Origin: Polyangia bacterium
GTDB taxonomy: Bacteria > Myxococcota_A > Polyangia > Fen-1088
Direction of reading: 5' to 3'
Assembly (NCBI GenBank): GCA_035607055.1
Contig: DATNDC010000214.1
Span: 3,911 to 67,910, forward strand
DNA length: 64,000 nucleotides
Shown in pieces: positions 9,745-19,784 of this stretch. The first letter of the stretch is position 1. Every line of letters starts with the position of its first letter. A program made the translations under genes and the position numbers. The notes under the pieces are model-generated. The model was not told the DNA's origin and searched no databases. It saw nothing but the letters and a program-made list of their open reading frames with translations.

Positions 9745-11493
9745 CTAGGCGGGTCGAGGCCGGCCGGCGCGTCGGTAGAGCAACGCCGCCATCAAGAGCA
9801 GCAGCCCCTGCGCGAGCAGCATGAGCTCGACATGCGGAGGACGAGCGACCAACTCGACCCGGCCGCTCCCCGGTACGACGACCCGGAACGGCTGCTCGAG
9901 CTCCATCGGTCTGTACGAGGGAAACGGTCGCCGGCCGTTCACGAGCCAGTAGCTGGACGGGTTGGAATTGACGGTGACCACGTCGCCGGGGACGCCGGTC
10001 AGCACGACCCGGTTCGGGCTCCAGGTCTCGACCCTCACGGGTTTGGTCCCCACGAACTCACCGCGATAACCGGGCATGCTCACGTCGTCGCGCTTGGGAT
10101 AGGCATGGCCCCAGCCGAGGAGCGGAAACTCGGGTCCCATCGAGACCATGTTCGAACGCATGTGACTCCAGACGCCGTCGGGCGTGTCACGAATCGTCCG
10201 TGGCGGATCGGGCGCCATCCGAAACGGCAGCGGCGGGATCGTGAACGTGTCTCGATAGGCCCAAAAGGTATTGAACCCCAGATCCGCCACGACCAACGTC
10301 GCCAAGCAGACGACCGTCCGGAGGCGTCCTCGCCCGCGCAGAACCAGCAGCCCTTGTACCGCGCCCAGCAACAACAGATAGCAGCCGAAGAGGCGCCAGC
10401 GCGGGGCGATGATCATGTAGCGCCAGGGCGGGATGATGTGCAGCCAGTAACCGGGTAAGAATTTGTCGCGGTTATTCCAGGACAATACGAAACAGAGAAG
10501 CGCAATCCAATGAATGGGCCTCAAGCGTCGTTCACCCCATCGGAATCCCTCATAGGCGAGGAACAGGGCGACGACACCCACGTAGCTGCCCACCTCCCAC
10601 CAGCGAAGGTCATCGACGTGCGACGGATCGAATTGGGTCTGAAGCGGGGCGATTGTTGCAGCGATGATGTCGGGCAGCTTGGCGACGATCGGGTAGTGGC
10701 TCAGTTCGACACGCGGGAAGGCCGTGACGAGCTGCGTGACCAGGACCAGGCGGGTGAGACCCATGCCGAGCGCGGTGCAGGCCGCCAGCCCGGCGAGGAG
10801 CCAGGTCTGACCTGACCGCGGGCGGCGGATCAGCTGCCAGATGGCCACCGGACCGACGATCGAGAACGCGATGATGATGACGTAGTGGATGTAACTCAGG
10901 AAGAGGCAACCCACGACGATGCCCATCCCGACCGCCCGCTGGGGACTCTGGTGCCAGGTCAACCCGAGCGCGAGCAACCAGGGAAAAAACCAAAAGGTCA
11001 GGAGCACGACGTGACCAACGCCCAGATGCAGCGCCAGTGCTGGCAACAAACTCGGGATGATGCTCAGTGCATCGACGAGAGAGCTTCGGCCAAACAGGTC
11101 GCGGCAGAGGAAGCGCGACCCCTCGTACCCGACGAGGGTGTAAAAGAGGATGATCAGCTTGTAGCCGAAGACGGCGCCGAAGCCGACGAGGAACAACGTG
11201 TCGGGCATCAGCACCGCGGTCTGGGGCTCGGCCAAGAACGGCTGCCCGGACAGCGACCAGGCGTTCCACCAGGGGAACTGGTGGTATTTGACGATCGTCA
11301 GGCGCAACGCGTCCGCCCATGGGTAGATAAACCGGTACCAGTCGTAGGGACCGGACCGGTCGCCCGACGCCAGCACCTGGACATGCACCAGCAGCAAGAC
11401 CGCGTAGTGCGCGGGCCGCCAGCTTTTCACCAAGTTCCGGAGAGCCCCGACCCATCGGCGGTTCCTAAACGAACGGGACTCGGTTTCCTGCAC
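9745..11493 (-). CDS. Polytopic integral membrane protein, YfhO-like
   Basis: ORF of 582 aa with many TM helices. The segment YHQFPWWNAWSLSGQPFLAEPQTAVLMPDTLF resembles the YfhO-family WNP..FSG.PFLA..Q motif. Tentative. Confidence 0.45.
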   Translation of the reverse strand: MQETESRSFRNRRWVGALRNLVKSWRPAHYAVLLLVHVQVLASGDRSGPYDWYRFIYPWADALRLTIVKYHQFPWWNAWSLSGQPFLAEPQTAVLMPDTLFLVGFGAVFGYKLIILFYTLVGYEGSRFLCRDLFGRSSLVDALSIIPSLLPALALHLGVGHVVLLTFWFFPWLLALGLTWHQSPQRAVGMGIVVGCLFLSYIHYVIIIAFSIVGPVAIWQLIRRPRSGQTWLLAGLAACTALGMGLTRLVLVTQLVTAFPRVELSHYPIVAKLPDIIAATIAPLQTQFDPSHVDDLRWWEVGSYVGVVALFLAYEGFRWGERRLRPIHWIALLCFVLSWNNRDKFLPGYWLHIIPPWRYMIIAPRWRLFGCYLLLLGAVQGLLVLRGRGRLRTVVCLATLVVADLGFNTFWAYRDTFTIPPLPFRMAPDPPRTIRDTPDGVWSHMRSNMVSMGPEFPLLGWGHAYPKRDDVSMPGYRGEFVGTKPVRVETWSPNRVVLTGVPGDVVTVNSNPSSYWLVNGRRPFPSYRPMELEQPFRVVVPGSGRVELVARPPHVELMLLAQGLLLLMAALLYRRAGRPRPA

Positions 11494-11592
11494 GGGCGGT
11501 CCTGCGAGGGCGGCAGTGTGCCAAACGCCCCGGAAAAATGGAAGACCGGTCCTCCGGACGCGGGAGGCCCGGGCTCGCCCGTGGTGGGCGCC

Positions 11593-12387
11593 CTAACCGA
11601 AGCGGAGCTGCAGCGCGAGGCCGGCGCCGAAGGTGCGGGCCGCCTCGTTCTTGCTGATGTCGGGGAAGAGGATCCAGGTGCGCAGGTCGACGAGGCGGGT
11701 GAGCGAGTCGCCGAGGCCGAAGCCGAGCGGATACTGGTCGTCGGTGCCGCCGCCGCTGACGACGCGCACGCCGAACAGCGGTCCCAGCCAGAGCGTGCGG
11801 GTGGCCTGGATCCAGACGTGGATGGGGAAGCTGACCACGGTCCGCGTCGGGTCGCTGAAGATGATCGGCACGTAGAGGCCGGTGTCGATGCGCAGCGACC
11901 CGTCGACCCGCAGCGCGATCGGCAGCGCGAACATCATGCCGAACGACGAGTTGTTTTCGATCGGGAGGTAGGCGCGCCACTCGAGCCCCAGCTCGGCGGC
12001 CGACCCGCGCGCCACCGCCCAGCGCAGGTGGATCTCGGGGTTGGCCACCGTGTCGTGGTCGGTCCCGTAGGTCTCGGTGTCGAACGGACGCCCGTAGTTG
12101 TCGGCCTGGGTGGCCTGCCCGGCGTTGTCGAGGCGGAAACCGGTCCGCACCCCGAGCTCCAGCTCGTGGGTGATGCCGGCCGAGAGCGCCAGGTTGAGCC
12201 CGAACCCGGTGATGCTCCCGTTGTCCGGAGGACCGTCGGGCTGGTGTCCGAGACCGAAGCCGAGATCGACGGCCACCTCCCCGCGCGGCAGGACGATGCT
12301 GCGGTAAACCCAGGGGGCGTCGGCGCGAGCGACGCCCGCCCAGACCGAGACACCCAAAACGATTGCGACGGCTCCCGTCCAGCGCAT
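11593..12387 (-). CDS. Putative outer-membrane beta-barrel protein
   Basis: Start at MRWTGAVAIVLGVSVWAGVARA/DA (signal peptide). Amphipathic beta-strand-like repeats. C-terminus ...LALQLRFG ends in an aromatic residue, as OMPs do. Confidence 0.5.
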   Translation of the reverse strand: MRWTGAVAIVLGVSVWAGVARADAPWVYRSIVLPRGEVAVDLGFGLGHQPDGPPDNGSITGFGLNLALSAGITHELELGVRTGFRLDNAGQATQADNYGRPFDTETYGTDHDTVANPEIHLRWAVARGSAAELGLEWRAYLPIENNSSFGMMFALPIALRVDGSLRIDTGLYVPIIFSDPTRTVVSFPIHVWIQATRTLWLGPLFGVRVVSGGGTDDQYPLGFGLGDSLTRLVDLRTWILFPDISKNEAARTFGAGLALQLRFG

Positions 12388-12407
12388 GTGCGGGTTATAC
12401 ATCCATC

Positions 12408-13799
12408 GTGAGCGATCTCGTCCAGCTCCGTCGGCCGCCGGCGGCCGCCGCTGATGTCGATGCCGGCGCGGCGCCGGAGAAGCTTGCCTACGTGGAGACG
12501 TACGGCTGCCAGATGAACGTCGCCGACACCGACATGGTGTGGGGACTCCTGGCCAAGGGCGGCTACCGGCGCACGGACGATCCGGCGCGCGCCGATCTGA
12601 TCCTGATCAACACCTGCGCGGTGCGCGAGAAGGCCGAGGAGCGCGTGTTCCAGCGGACCAGCATGCTGAGCCACGCGGCGCGGCCCGAGGTGGTGCTGGG
12701 GGTGACCGGCTGCATGGCCGAGCATCTCAAGGACCGCATCCGCGAGCGCGCGCCGGAGGTCGATCTGGTCATCGGCCCCGATGGCTACCGGCGGCTTTTG
12801 GACCACCTGGCCGAGGCGCGGGCGGGGCGGGCGGTGACCGACACGCGGCTCGATCGCGCGGAGACCTACGAAGGGCTCGATCCGATCGCCGGCGACACCG
12901 ACGGCGTCATCGGGCGGGTCACGATCCAGCGGGGCTGCGACAAGTTCTGCACCTTCTGCGTCGTCCCCTACACGCGCGGCCGCGAGCGTGGCGTCGCCCC
13001 GCGCGAGATCCTGCGGCAGGCGCGGGCGCTGGTCGGCGCGGGCTGCAAGGAGATCCAGCTCCTCGGCCAGACGGTCAACTCGTACCGCCACGAGGAGGTC
13101 GGGTTCGCCGAGCTGCTCCGCGCCGTCGCCGCGGTCGAGGGGATCGCGCGGGTCCGCTTCACCTCGCCGTACCCGCTCGACTTCTCGGACGCCGTGATCG
13201 CCGCGATGGCCGAGACACCCCAGATCTGCAAGCACGTCCACCTGCCGCTGCAGAGCGGCTCGGACGCCGTGCTGGCGCGAATGCGGCGCGGGTACGACTA
13301 CCCGACGTTCCGCGCGCTGGCGGGCAGGCTGCGCGCGGCGATGCCCGCGATCGCCATCAGCACCGACCTCCTGGTCGGCTTCTGCGACGAGACGGAGGAG
13401 GAGCACGCGGCCACGCTGCGCGCGCAGGAGGAGCTGCGCTTCGACAGCGCCTTCACCTTCGCCTACTCCGAGCGCGAGGGGACCACGGCCGCCCGCAAGA
13501 TGCCCGACACCGTCCCGCGCGAAGTGAAGAGCCGGCGCCTCGCCGAGGTGATCGCGCTGCAACAGCGGATCACCGGCGAGACGATGGCGGCGCAGGTCGG
13601 GCGGCGCGAGCGGATCCTGATCGAGCACCCCTCGAAGCGCGCGGCGCACGAGCTGATGGGAAGGACCGACGCCTTCCGCTCGGTGATCGTGCCGGCGGCG
13701 CCGGGGGTCGCGCCCGGCGATCTCTGCGAGGTGACGATCGCCCGCGCCACCAGGGCGACGCTGTTCGGCGCGCTGGAGGCGATCGGTGCCGGTCGGTGA
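12408..13799 (+). CDS. miaB: tRNA-i6A37 methylthiotransferase (radical SAM MTTase)
   Basis: Contains ...KLAYVETYGCQMNVADTDMVWGLL... (MTTase N-domain), a radical SAM CxxxCxxC in RGCDKFCTFCVVPYTRGRERG, and a TRAM-like C-terminus. The GTG at 12408 is proposed as the start. The ATG at 12363 would overlap the upstream OMP gene. Confidence 0.85.
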   Translation: MSDLVQLRRPPAAAADVDAGAAPEKLAYVETYGCQMNVADTDMVWGLLAKGGYRRTDDPARADLILINTCAVREKAEERVFQRTSMLSHAARPEVVLGVTGCMAEHLKDRIRERAPEVDLVIGPDGYRRLLDHLAEARAGRAVTDTRLDRAETYEGLDPIAGDTDGVIGRVTIQRGCDKFCTFCVVPYTRGRERGVAPREILRQARALVGAGCKEIQLLGQTVNSYRHEEVGFAELLRAVAAVEGIARVRFTSPYPLDFSDAVIAAMAETPQICKHVHLPLQSGSDAVLARMRRGYDYPTFRALAGRLRAAMPAIAISTDLLVGFCDETEEEHAATLRAQEELRFDSAFTFAYSEREGTTAARKMPDTVPREVKSRRLAEVIALQQRITGETMAAQVGRRERILIEHPSKRAAHELMGRTDAFRSVIVPAAPGVAPGDLCEVTIARATRATLFGALEAIGAGR

Positions 13800-14295
13800 T
13801 CTGTCGTCCAACCCGTTCGCGCTGCTCTCGCTCATCGGCGCGCCGGCGGTGCTGACCAACGCCGCCTCGGTCCTGGCGCTCAGCACCAGCAATCGATTTT
13901 TGCGGGCCAGCGAGCGGATGCGGGCACTGTCGACGCGAACCGAGGATCGCAACCTCTCCCCCGAGCTCCGCGCCCTGCTTCTCTCGCAGGCCGATCGCAC
14001 AGAGCGGCAGGCGCTGTTTCTCCTCAAGGGATTGCGCGCGGCTTACGTCGCGCTCGGCTCGTTCGCCAGCGCCAGTCTCGTCTCGATCCTGGGCGCGGGC
14101 CTGGCCGGCACCTCGCTGCACATGGGTTTCCGCGCGCTCGGCACGCTGGCGCTCGCCGTCGGCTTCGTCGGCGCCGGCGGGCTCGTCACCGCCTGCCTCA
14201 AACTCCTGCAGGCGACCCATCTGTCGATGCAGAACATGTCCGAGGAGGCGGCGCTCATCCGCGCGCGCGAGAAGACCAGCTCCCCTCCCGTCTGA
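13786..14295 (+). CDS. Small membrane protein, DUF2721-like
   Basis: ORF of 169 aa. Hydrophobic helices are at the N-terminus and in the middle. Overlaps the miaB 3' end by 14 nt. No catalytic motifs. Confidence 0.4.
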   Translation: MPVGDLSSNPFALLSLIGAPAVLTNAASVLALSTSNRFLRASERMRALSTRTEDRNLSPELRALLLSQADRTERQALFLLKGLRAAYVALGSFASASLVSILGAGLAGTSLHMGFRALGTLALAVGFVGAGGLVTACLKLLQATHLSMQNMSEEAALIRAREKTSSPPV

Positions 14296-14384
14296 GCCGG
14301 GGCCCGAGGCCTGGGACGCGGCGACCCGCTGAGGCGGCCGGCAGGCCTTGCACCGGCGGACATCGCACGAAACGCGCGCGTCTT

Positions 14385-16826
14385 GTGGTGACAGAGGCGA
14401 GCGGCACAATTATGCTGACCGATCTCGTGCAGGACCCTCAGCCCCAGCCGACGCCGCCGGAAGCATCCGGGAACGTCGACTCCGACGCCGACGCGCCGGA
14501 GATCGTCCGCGAGGAGCAGCAGCTCCTCACGGTGGTGCTGCGCAAGCTCGACGCGGGCGCCCCGCGCAAGGCGCGCATCCAGGTCGACGACGCCAGCGCG
14601 CTCATCGAGCTGCGCGACGCGCTGGCCGAAGCGAAACCGGAGGACCAGGGGTCGATCCTCGAGCAGATGCACCGGATCGAGGCGCTCTCGCGCCAGCGCG
14701 GCAAGGGGGACACGCCGCCCGTCGATCGCAAGTCCCCCTACTTCGGCCACCTGCGCCTGGAAGAGAACGGCAAGCGGCGCGACGTGCTGATCGGCGCGCG
14801 CAGCTTCGTCGAGCCGGGGGGCGGCGTGCAGATCGTCGACTGGCGCAACGCCCCGGTCTCGCGCCTCTTCTACCGGTACGAGGAGGGGGACGCCTACGAG
14901 GAGCGCCTCGGCGATCGCCTGGTCGAGGGGGAGGTGCTGGCGCGCCGGACAGTTGCCATCGTGGACGGTGAGCTGCGCCGGGTCGCCGCGCCGCAGGGGA
15001 CGTTCTCGCGCGATCTGCGGACGGGGGCTTGGCGCGAGATCGCCACGCGACAGGCGCGGCTGCAGATCGCCCGCGACGGATCGGCCGCCACCGTGGTGCC
15101 CAAGGCGCCCGCCGCCCCGACCGCGACCCCGAGCCTGCCCGCGGCGGCGCCGGCCACCCGCGGCAAGTTGGGCCTCGACGAGAACGGCGCCCGCCGTCCC
15201 GACCGCCACCTGCCGGCGATCGCGGCGCTCATCGATCCGCGCCAGTTCGAGCTGATCACGCAGCCCGCCTCGGGGCTCATCGCCGTGCAGGGCTCGGCCG
15301 GCAGCGGCAAGACCACCATCGGCCTCCACCGGATCGCCTACCTGGCGTTCGCCGACCCGCGCCGCTTCCGCCCCGAGAAGATGCTGGTCATCGTCTACCA
15401 GCGGGCCCTGGCCGCCTACGTGTCGCGGGTGCTGCCGTCGCTGGACGTCGAGGGCGTCCCGGTGATGACCCTCGCCACCTGGGCCGAATCGGCGCGCCGG
15501 GCGGCATTCCCGCTGCTCGACGTGGGCATCACCGACGACACGCCGCCGGTGGTCATGCGCGCCAAGGCGCACGGCGTCTTCCTGCGGGTGATCGACGATC
15601 GCCAGGCGGCCCTGGCCGCCTGGTGCCGCGCGCGCCTCAGCGACGATCTCGGCGACAAGGCGGAAGCGGCCGCGGTGCTGGCCTTCTGGGACGGCACCAC
15701 CGGCCCGGTCGACCTGCGGGTGACGGCGCTCGCGCAGTGGGTGCGCGATCGGGAATCGCTCGATCCGGCCACCCGCAACGCCGTCGAGAACGCCGGCCGC
15801 GCGCTGCGGGCCCGCACCCGCGACGTGGTCGGCGAGTGGGCGGCCATGCTGACCGATCGCGCCGCGCTCGGCGCCGGCTTCGAACGACACGCCCCCGGCG
15901 TCTTCTCGGCCGGACAGCTGGACGACCTCCACCGCTGGTGCGTCGAGCGCGAGCGGCTACGCGCCGCCGGCGCCGGCCCCCGGGTCGCCGCCAGCGACGG
16001 CGGCGAGGACGAGCGGTACGCCCTCGACGCCGAGGACGAGGCGCTGCTCCTGCGCATCTACCAGCGCCAGCGCGGCCGCCTCCCCGACGGCGGCGGCGCC
16101 AAGGGGACACTCGCCTACGAGCACCTGATGGTCGACGAGGTCCAGGACTTCTCCCCCCTCGAGCTGGCCGTCCTCCTCGACACGACCAGCGTCCAGCGCT
16201 CGGTCACGCTGGCGGGCGACACCGCCCAGGCGATCGCGCCCGAGCACGGCTTCTCCGACTGGGCAGCCCTGCTCGATTTCCTGGAGATCGCGCACGAACG
16301 GGTCGAGCCGCTGCGGGTCAGCTACCGCTCGACGCGCGAGATCGTCGACGCCGCCGAACACGTCCTCGGCCCGCTCATGGGCGACATCCGCCCGGTCGCG
16401 CCGCGGGTGGGCGCCCCGGTCGAATCGTTTTCCTTCGGCTCCGCGGGCGAGGCCGCCGAGTTCCTCTCCCATGCCCTCAAGGAGCTCCTGCGCGCCGAGC
16501 CCGACGCCTCGGTGGCCCTGCTGGCGCGCCATCCCGAGCAGGCCCGGCTCTACTACGAGGCGCTGGCCAACGCCGAGGTCCCGAACCTGCGCCTGGTCGA
16601 CGACCAGGACTTCTCCTTCACCGCCGGCATCGACGTCACCGACGTTCGCCAGTCGAAGGGCCTGGAGTTCGACATCGTGATCCTGCTCGAGGTCACGGAT
16701 ACCTCCTACCCAGTCTCCGATGACGCGCGCCGCCTGTTGCACGTGGCGATGACGCGCGCCGCCCACCAGCTGTGGGTCACGCACACCGGCGCGCCGTCGC
16801 CGCTGTTGCCTGAAGCGTTGCGCTAG
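14385..16826 (+). CDS. UvrD/HelD-family ATP-dependent DNA helicase
   Basis: ORF of 813 aa. Walker A: [21 protein letters not shown]. Helicase motif II region: LMVDEVQDFSPLELAVLL. C-terminal LLHVAMTRAAHQLWV (UvrD_C). The long N-terminal extension is as in HelD-type helicases. Confidence 0.8.
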   Translation: MVTEASGTIMLTDLVQDPQPQPTPPEASGNVDSDADAPEIVREEQQLLTVVLRKLDAGAPRKARIQVDDASALIELRDALAEAKPEDQGSILEQMHRIEALSRQRGKGDTPPVDRKSPYFGHLRLEENGKRRDVLIGARSFVEPGGGVQIVDWRNAPVSRLFYRYEEGDAYEERLGDRLVEGEVLARRTVAIVDGELRRVAAPQGTFSRDLRTGAWREIATRQARLQIARDGSAATVVPKAPAAPTATPSLPAAAPATRGKLGLDENGARRPDRHLPAIAALIDPRQFELITQPASGLIAVQGSAGSGKTTIGLHRIAYLAFADPRRFRPEKMLVIVYQRALAAYVSRVLPSLDVEGVPVMTLATWAESARRAAFPLLDVGITDDTPPVVMRAKAHGVFLRVIDDRQAALAAWCRARLSDDLGDKAEAAAVLAFWDGTTGPVDLRVTALAQWVRDRESLDPATRNAVENAGRALRARTRDVVGEWAAMLTDRAALGAGFERHAPGVFSAGQLDDLHRWCVERERLRAAGAGPRVAASDGGEDERYALDAEDEALLLRIYQRQRGRLPDGGGAKGTLAYEHLMVDEVQDFSPLELAVLLDTTSVQRSVTLAGDTAQAIAPEHGFSDWAALLDFLEIAHERVEPLRVSYRSTREIVDAAEHVLGPLMGDIRPVAPRVGAPVESFSFGSAGEAAEFLSHALKELLRAEPDASVALLARHPEQARLYYEALANAEVPNLRLVDDQDFSFTAGIDVTDVRQSKGLEFDIVILLEVTDTSYPVSDDARRLLHVAMTRAAHQLWVTHTGAPSPLLPEALR

Positions 16827-16848
16827 CGGCCCGCGAGCGCCGGAGGTT

Positions 16849-17214
16849 TCAGGACTGAGTCTGGAAGAAGCGGTTCAGGGCCCAGACGTCCTTGGCCCGC
16901 AGCCCTTGGAAGCGGATGCCGACGCCCGCAGCGTCGCCGGCCCCCTTCTTCGGCACCACCCAGCGAACGTCGCCGGCGACTTCCACCGGCTCCGGCTGCG
17001 TCGGGAGGGTGAACCGCAACTGCACGGTCGTGCCGATCGGCAACGCCGTCAACGAATCCAGGTACAGGCCGCCCAGTGAAATGTTACGCGTCTGGGAAAT
17101 CTGCTTCTTTCCCTCGTACATAACCTCGACTTCCAGCTGCCGTTCGTAGCGCGGATCGATTCGCCTGAAGTGCTCTGCCAAGGTCGTCGTCCTTCTTCCG
17201 CGGTGAGTGGGCAC
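16849..17214 (-). CDS. PilZ domain protein (c-di-GMP receptor fold)
   Basis: ORF of 121 aa. RRIDPRYER (RxxxR) and NISLGGLYL (D/NxSxGG). These are the canonical PilZ motifs. Confidence 0.75.
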   Translation of the reverse strand: MPTHRGRRTTTLAEHFRRIDPRYERQLEVEVMYEGKKQISQTRNISLGGLYLDSLTALPIGTTVQLRFTLPTQPEPVEVAGDVRWVVPKKGAGDAAGVGIRFQGLRAKDVWALNRFFQTQS

Positions 17215-17271
17215 CCATGGTACGACATCCGCACACCTTTAATCCAGCCCGATGTAACATACGGAATCTTC

Positions 17272-18201
17272 TTAGAAAGTTGGCAGAGCTTGGCAAGCGG
17301 AGGGATCGCCGAAGTTGCTGCTCGGCATCCAGGGCTCTGTGTTGTAGGTCTGGTTGAAGGACGCGTCCCAGCACTGAATCCGCGGTGTCACGAGCCCCGC
17401 GCCGTCGCCCGCCACGATAGCCTCGGTCGCCTGGCCCGCGCCGGTCGGAATCCACTGCGCGTTGATGACGACGGTGTCGATGGCCGGGCCTGGGATGATG
17501 TTCCCCACCAGCGTGAAGGAGATCTTGCCCGACCCGTCGGTCAGGATCTCATACATGAACGTCGCCGCGGTGACGCCGTTCGTGTCGGGCGGCTGGGTGA
17601 TCGTGAGCGTGACGCTCACCGGCGATCCCGGCGTTTCGTGGTTCTGGTAGGCGATGCTCACGGTGTCGAGGGCCGCCGCCTTGACGTCGAGCGGGAAGCC
17701 GGCGTTCTCGAGCGCGGCGAAGTCGACCGTCACCGCTCCGTTCCCCTGCTCGATCCCGCCTGAGGCGTCGAACGTCCCGGTGAAGAACTGCAACCAGACC
17801 GGTGTGGCCGCGGTGACGTCCTCCGTCTCGAGCCAGTAGTCGAACGTCGTGCCATCGGGCTCCAAGGTGACGACCAGCTGCCAGCGCCAGCCGGGGTTCT
17901 TGTCGTCGTCGAACGGACCCCAGGTGCGGCTGCTCGAGCTCCGGCTGGTCGGCTCGTAGGAACGAACGGTGTCGATCAACCCCAGCACGTTGTCGAGCAT
18001 GGTGTTGACGCCGCCGATCGCCCCCTCGGTCTGCTGCGCCAGGTCGGCGGCGTTCGGGTTCGACGTCTGGGGAAGCACGACGGCCAGCTCGGTGCGGGAG
18101 GGGACCGCGCTCATGAAGAGGAGGTCGTCGTTCGAATAGTTTCCGCAAGCCCCGACGACGGCGGCCGCGGCGGCGAGCAAGAGCACACGGCTAGAAGTCA
18201 T
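17272..18201 (-). CDS. Lipoprotein (paralog A of 21196..22239)
   Basis: MTSSRVLLLAAAAAVVGACG (signal peptide plus lipobox). Shares blocks with the 21196..22239 product (see finding): TWGPFDD/VWGPGTD, WQLVVTLEPDGTTFDYWLE/YRLTVTRQAAHVFAWKLD, and C-terminal CWDASFNQTY.../CWDSNFLSVY...GDPS...C. Confidence 0.65.
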   Translation of the reverse strand: MTSSRVLLLAAAAAVVGACGNYSNDDLLFMSAVPSRTELAVVLPQTSNPNAADLAQQTEGAIGGVNTMLDNVLGLIDTVRSYEPTSRSSSSRTWGPFDDDKNPGWRWQLVVTLEPDGTTFDYWLETEDVTAATPVWLQFFTGTFDASGGIEQGNGAVTVDFAALENAGFPLDVKAAALDTVSIAYQNHETPGSPVSVTLTITQPPDTNGVTAATFMYEILTDGSGKISFTLVGNIIPGPAIDTVVINAQWIPTGAGQATEAIVAGDGAGLVTPRIQCWDASFNQTYNTEPWMPSSNFGDPSACQALPTF

Positions 18202-19783
18202 ACGTCACCATGGTGGCCAGCTCCCAGTAACCGAGCGACTGGTTACCGTCGACGTTGTACAAAAGATAGTGCAAGCGGCCGCGCGCGACCACCGCGGTCG
18301 AGCGGGACAGGTGATAGGCGGCGCCGGCGACGAGACCCGGCGAGAGGGTGGAGTAGAACTGCGGGGGGAAGGCGTTGTCCTGAAAGGTCCGGCTCATGAG
18401 CAGCAGGGCCAGGCGCCCGCCCACGAACGGCGTCAGATAGCGCGTCGGCCACTCGACGGTGAGTGAGGAGGCCACCGACAGCTCGGTGAAGTGGAAGGGG
18501 GCGCCGACCGAGGCGACGACGCTGTTGGTGCTGCCGCCCGCGAGATCGAACCCCAGCACCCAGTCCCGGCGCAGGAAATCGCGCAGCGCGAGGTCGACGT
18601 CGATGAGTCCCGTGGGCGGGAAGAGGCCGGCTCCCTCGGGCGCCTCGAACACCGCCTGGTAGCCGAGCCCGGCGCCGATCGACCAGCGCGAGGTCAGGTC
18701 GTACCGCGACGCCCCCTTGACCGGATCGGCGCTGAAGGGGGCGTCATGCAGGCTCGTCTCTTCCAGCGTGACGAGCGAGCCGCGCGGCACGTCGATCTCG
18801 CCCACCCGCAGGTGGTCGGCCAGGCGCCGCTTGACGCGGTAGCGACCGGGCTGAAGCGCGATGCGCCGATCGACGCCGTCGCCCTTGTTGATCTCGGCGG
18901 CCACGAACCCTTGCCGGTCCACGAGGAAATAGACCCCGCCGGGCGCCTGTCGCGGCAAGTAGATCCCCTCGTGGCGCGCGACGACGTCGGTCAAGACCAG
19001 GTCGCCGTTGCCGGCCAGGTCGTAGCTGAAGGTCGGGTGCTGCGCGCCGGCGGCGCTGTCGGCGGTGTCGGCGACCGTCCGATCGTAGGCGTAGGCGTAG
19101 GCTTCGAACAGCGTCACCTGGCCGTCGCCCGACTTGTCCGCGCCCCCGAGCAGACCGCTCGCCAGGTGGTGCGAGAAGTAGCTGCCGCCGATGGCGTCCG
19201 ACTCCTGCGAGTCCTCGTCCGAGGCGCTGGAGGTGAGGATGACCATCCCCTTGGCGTCGCGCGGGCTCTCCGACTCGATGGCGAACGCCGGCGCCTTGCG
19301 CGCTCCTTTGCTGCGGGTGATGGCGCCCGAGCGGCAGGAGTCGAGGATGACGATCCGGACGTCGACCGGCGCGGCGGCGACCAGCCCGCGGAGCGCGTCG
19401 ACCGGCAGCCGCGACTCGCCGAGCCGGAGCGCGCCGTCCTTGGCGTGCCCCGAGTAGTAGAAGAAGAGCGCCGTGTGCTCGCCGTGGCGAGCGGCCTCGG
19501 CGGCCTGCTTCTCCACCTTGGCCAGCGCGCTCAGCACGTCGCTGGCGCCGCCGTCGACGATCAGGTTGGCGTCCTCGGTCCGCACGCCGCCGAGGCGGGT
19601 CAGGATGTCGTAGACCTTGCCCGCGTCGGCGCCGGCGTACAGCAGGGGGCGCGTCTCGGCGCCGCCCGAGTCGTTCCCCACCACGACGGCGAACCGGTGC
19701 AGCACCTCGGCGCGCGCCTCGGCTGTGCCCAGCAGCGCGGCCAGCGCGACCACCCCAGCCACCGGCTTTCCCCACCCGCGCAT
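18191..19783 (-). CDS. Secreted caspase-like peptidase (C14 / orthocaspase domain) with C-terminal beta-rich (barrel-like) domain
   Basis: Start taken at MRGWGKPVAGVVALAALLGTAEARA (signal peptide). C14 His/Cys dyad: ...ALFFYYSGHAKDG... (His) and ...VRIVILDSCRSGAI... (Cys). The C-terminal 300 aa or so is rich in alternating hydrophobic residues and ends ...YWELATMVTYDF (terminal Phe). Confidence 0.7.
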   Translation of the reverse strand: MRGWGKPVAGVVALAALLGTAEARAEVLHRFAVVVGNDSGGAETRPLLYAGADAGKVYDILTRLGGVRTEDANLIVDGGASDVLSALAKVEKQAAEAARHGEHTALFFYYSGHAKDGALRLGESRLPVDALRGLVAAAPVDVRIVILDSCRSGAITRSKGARKAPAFAIESESPRDAKGMVILTSSASDEDSQESDAIGGSYFSHHLASGLLGGADKSGDGQVTLFEAYAYAYDRTVADTADSAAGAQHPTFSYDLAGNGDLVLTDVVARHEGIYLPRQAPGGVYFLVDRQGFVAAEINKGDGVDRRIALQPGRYRVKRRLADHLRVGEIDVPRGSLVTLEETSLHDAPFSADPVKGASRYDLTSRWSIGAGLGYQAVFEAPEGAGLFPPTGLIDVDLALRDFLRRDWVLGFDLAGGSTNSVVASVGAPFHFTELSVASSLTVEWPTRYLTPFVGGRLALLLMSRTFQDNAFPPQFYSTLSPGLVAGAAYHLSRSTAVVARGRLHYLLYNVDGNQSLGYWELATMVTYDF

Positions 19784-19784
19784 G

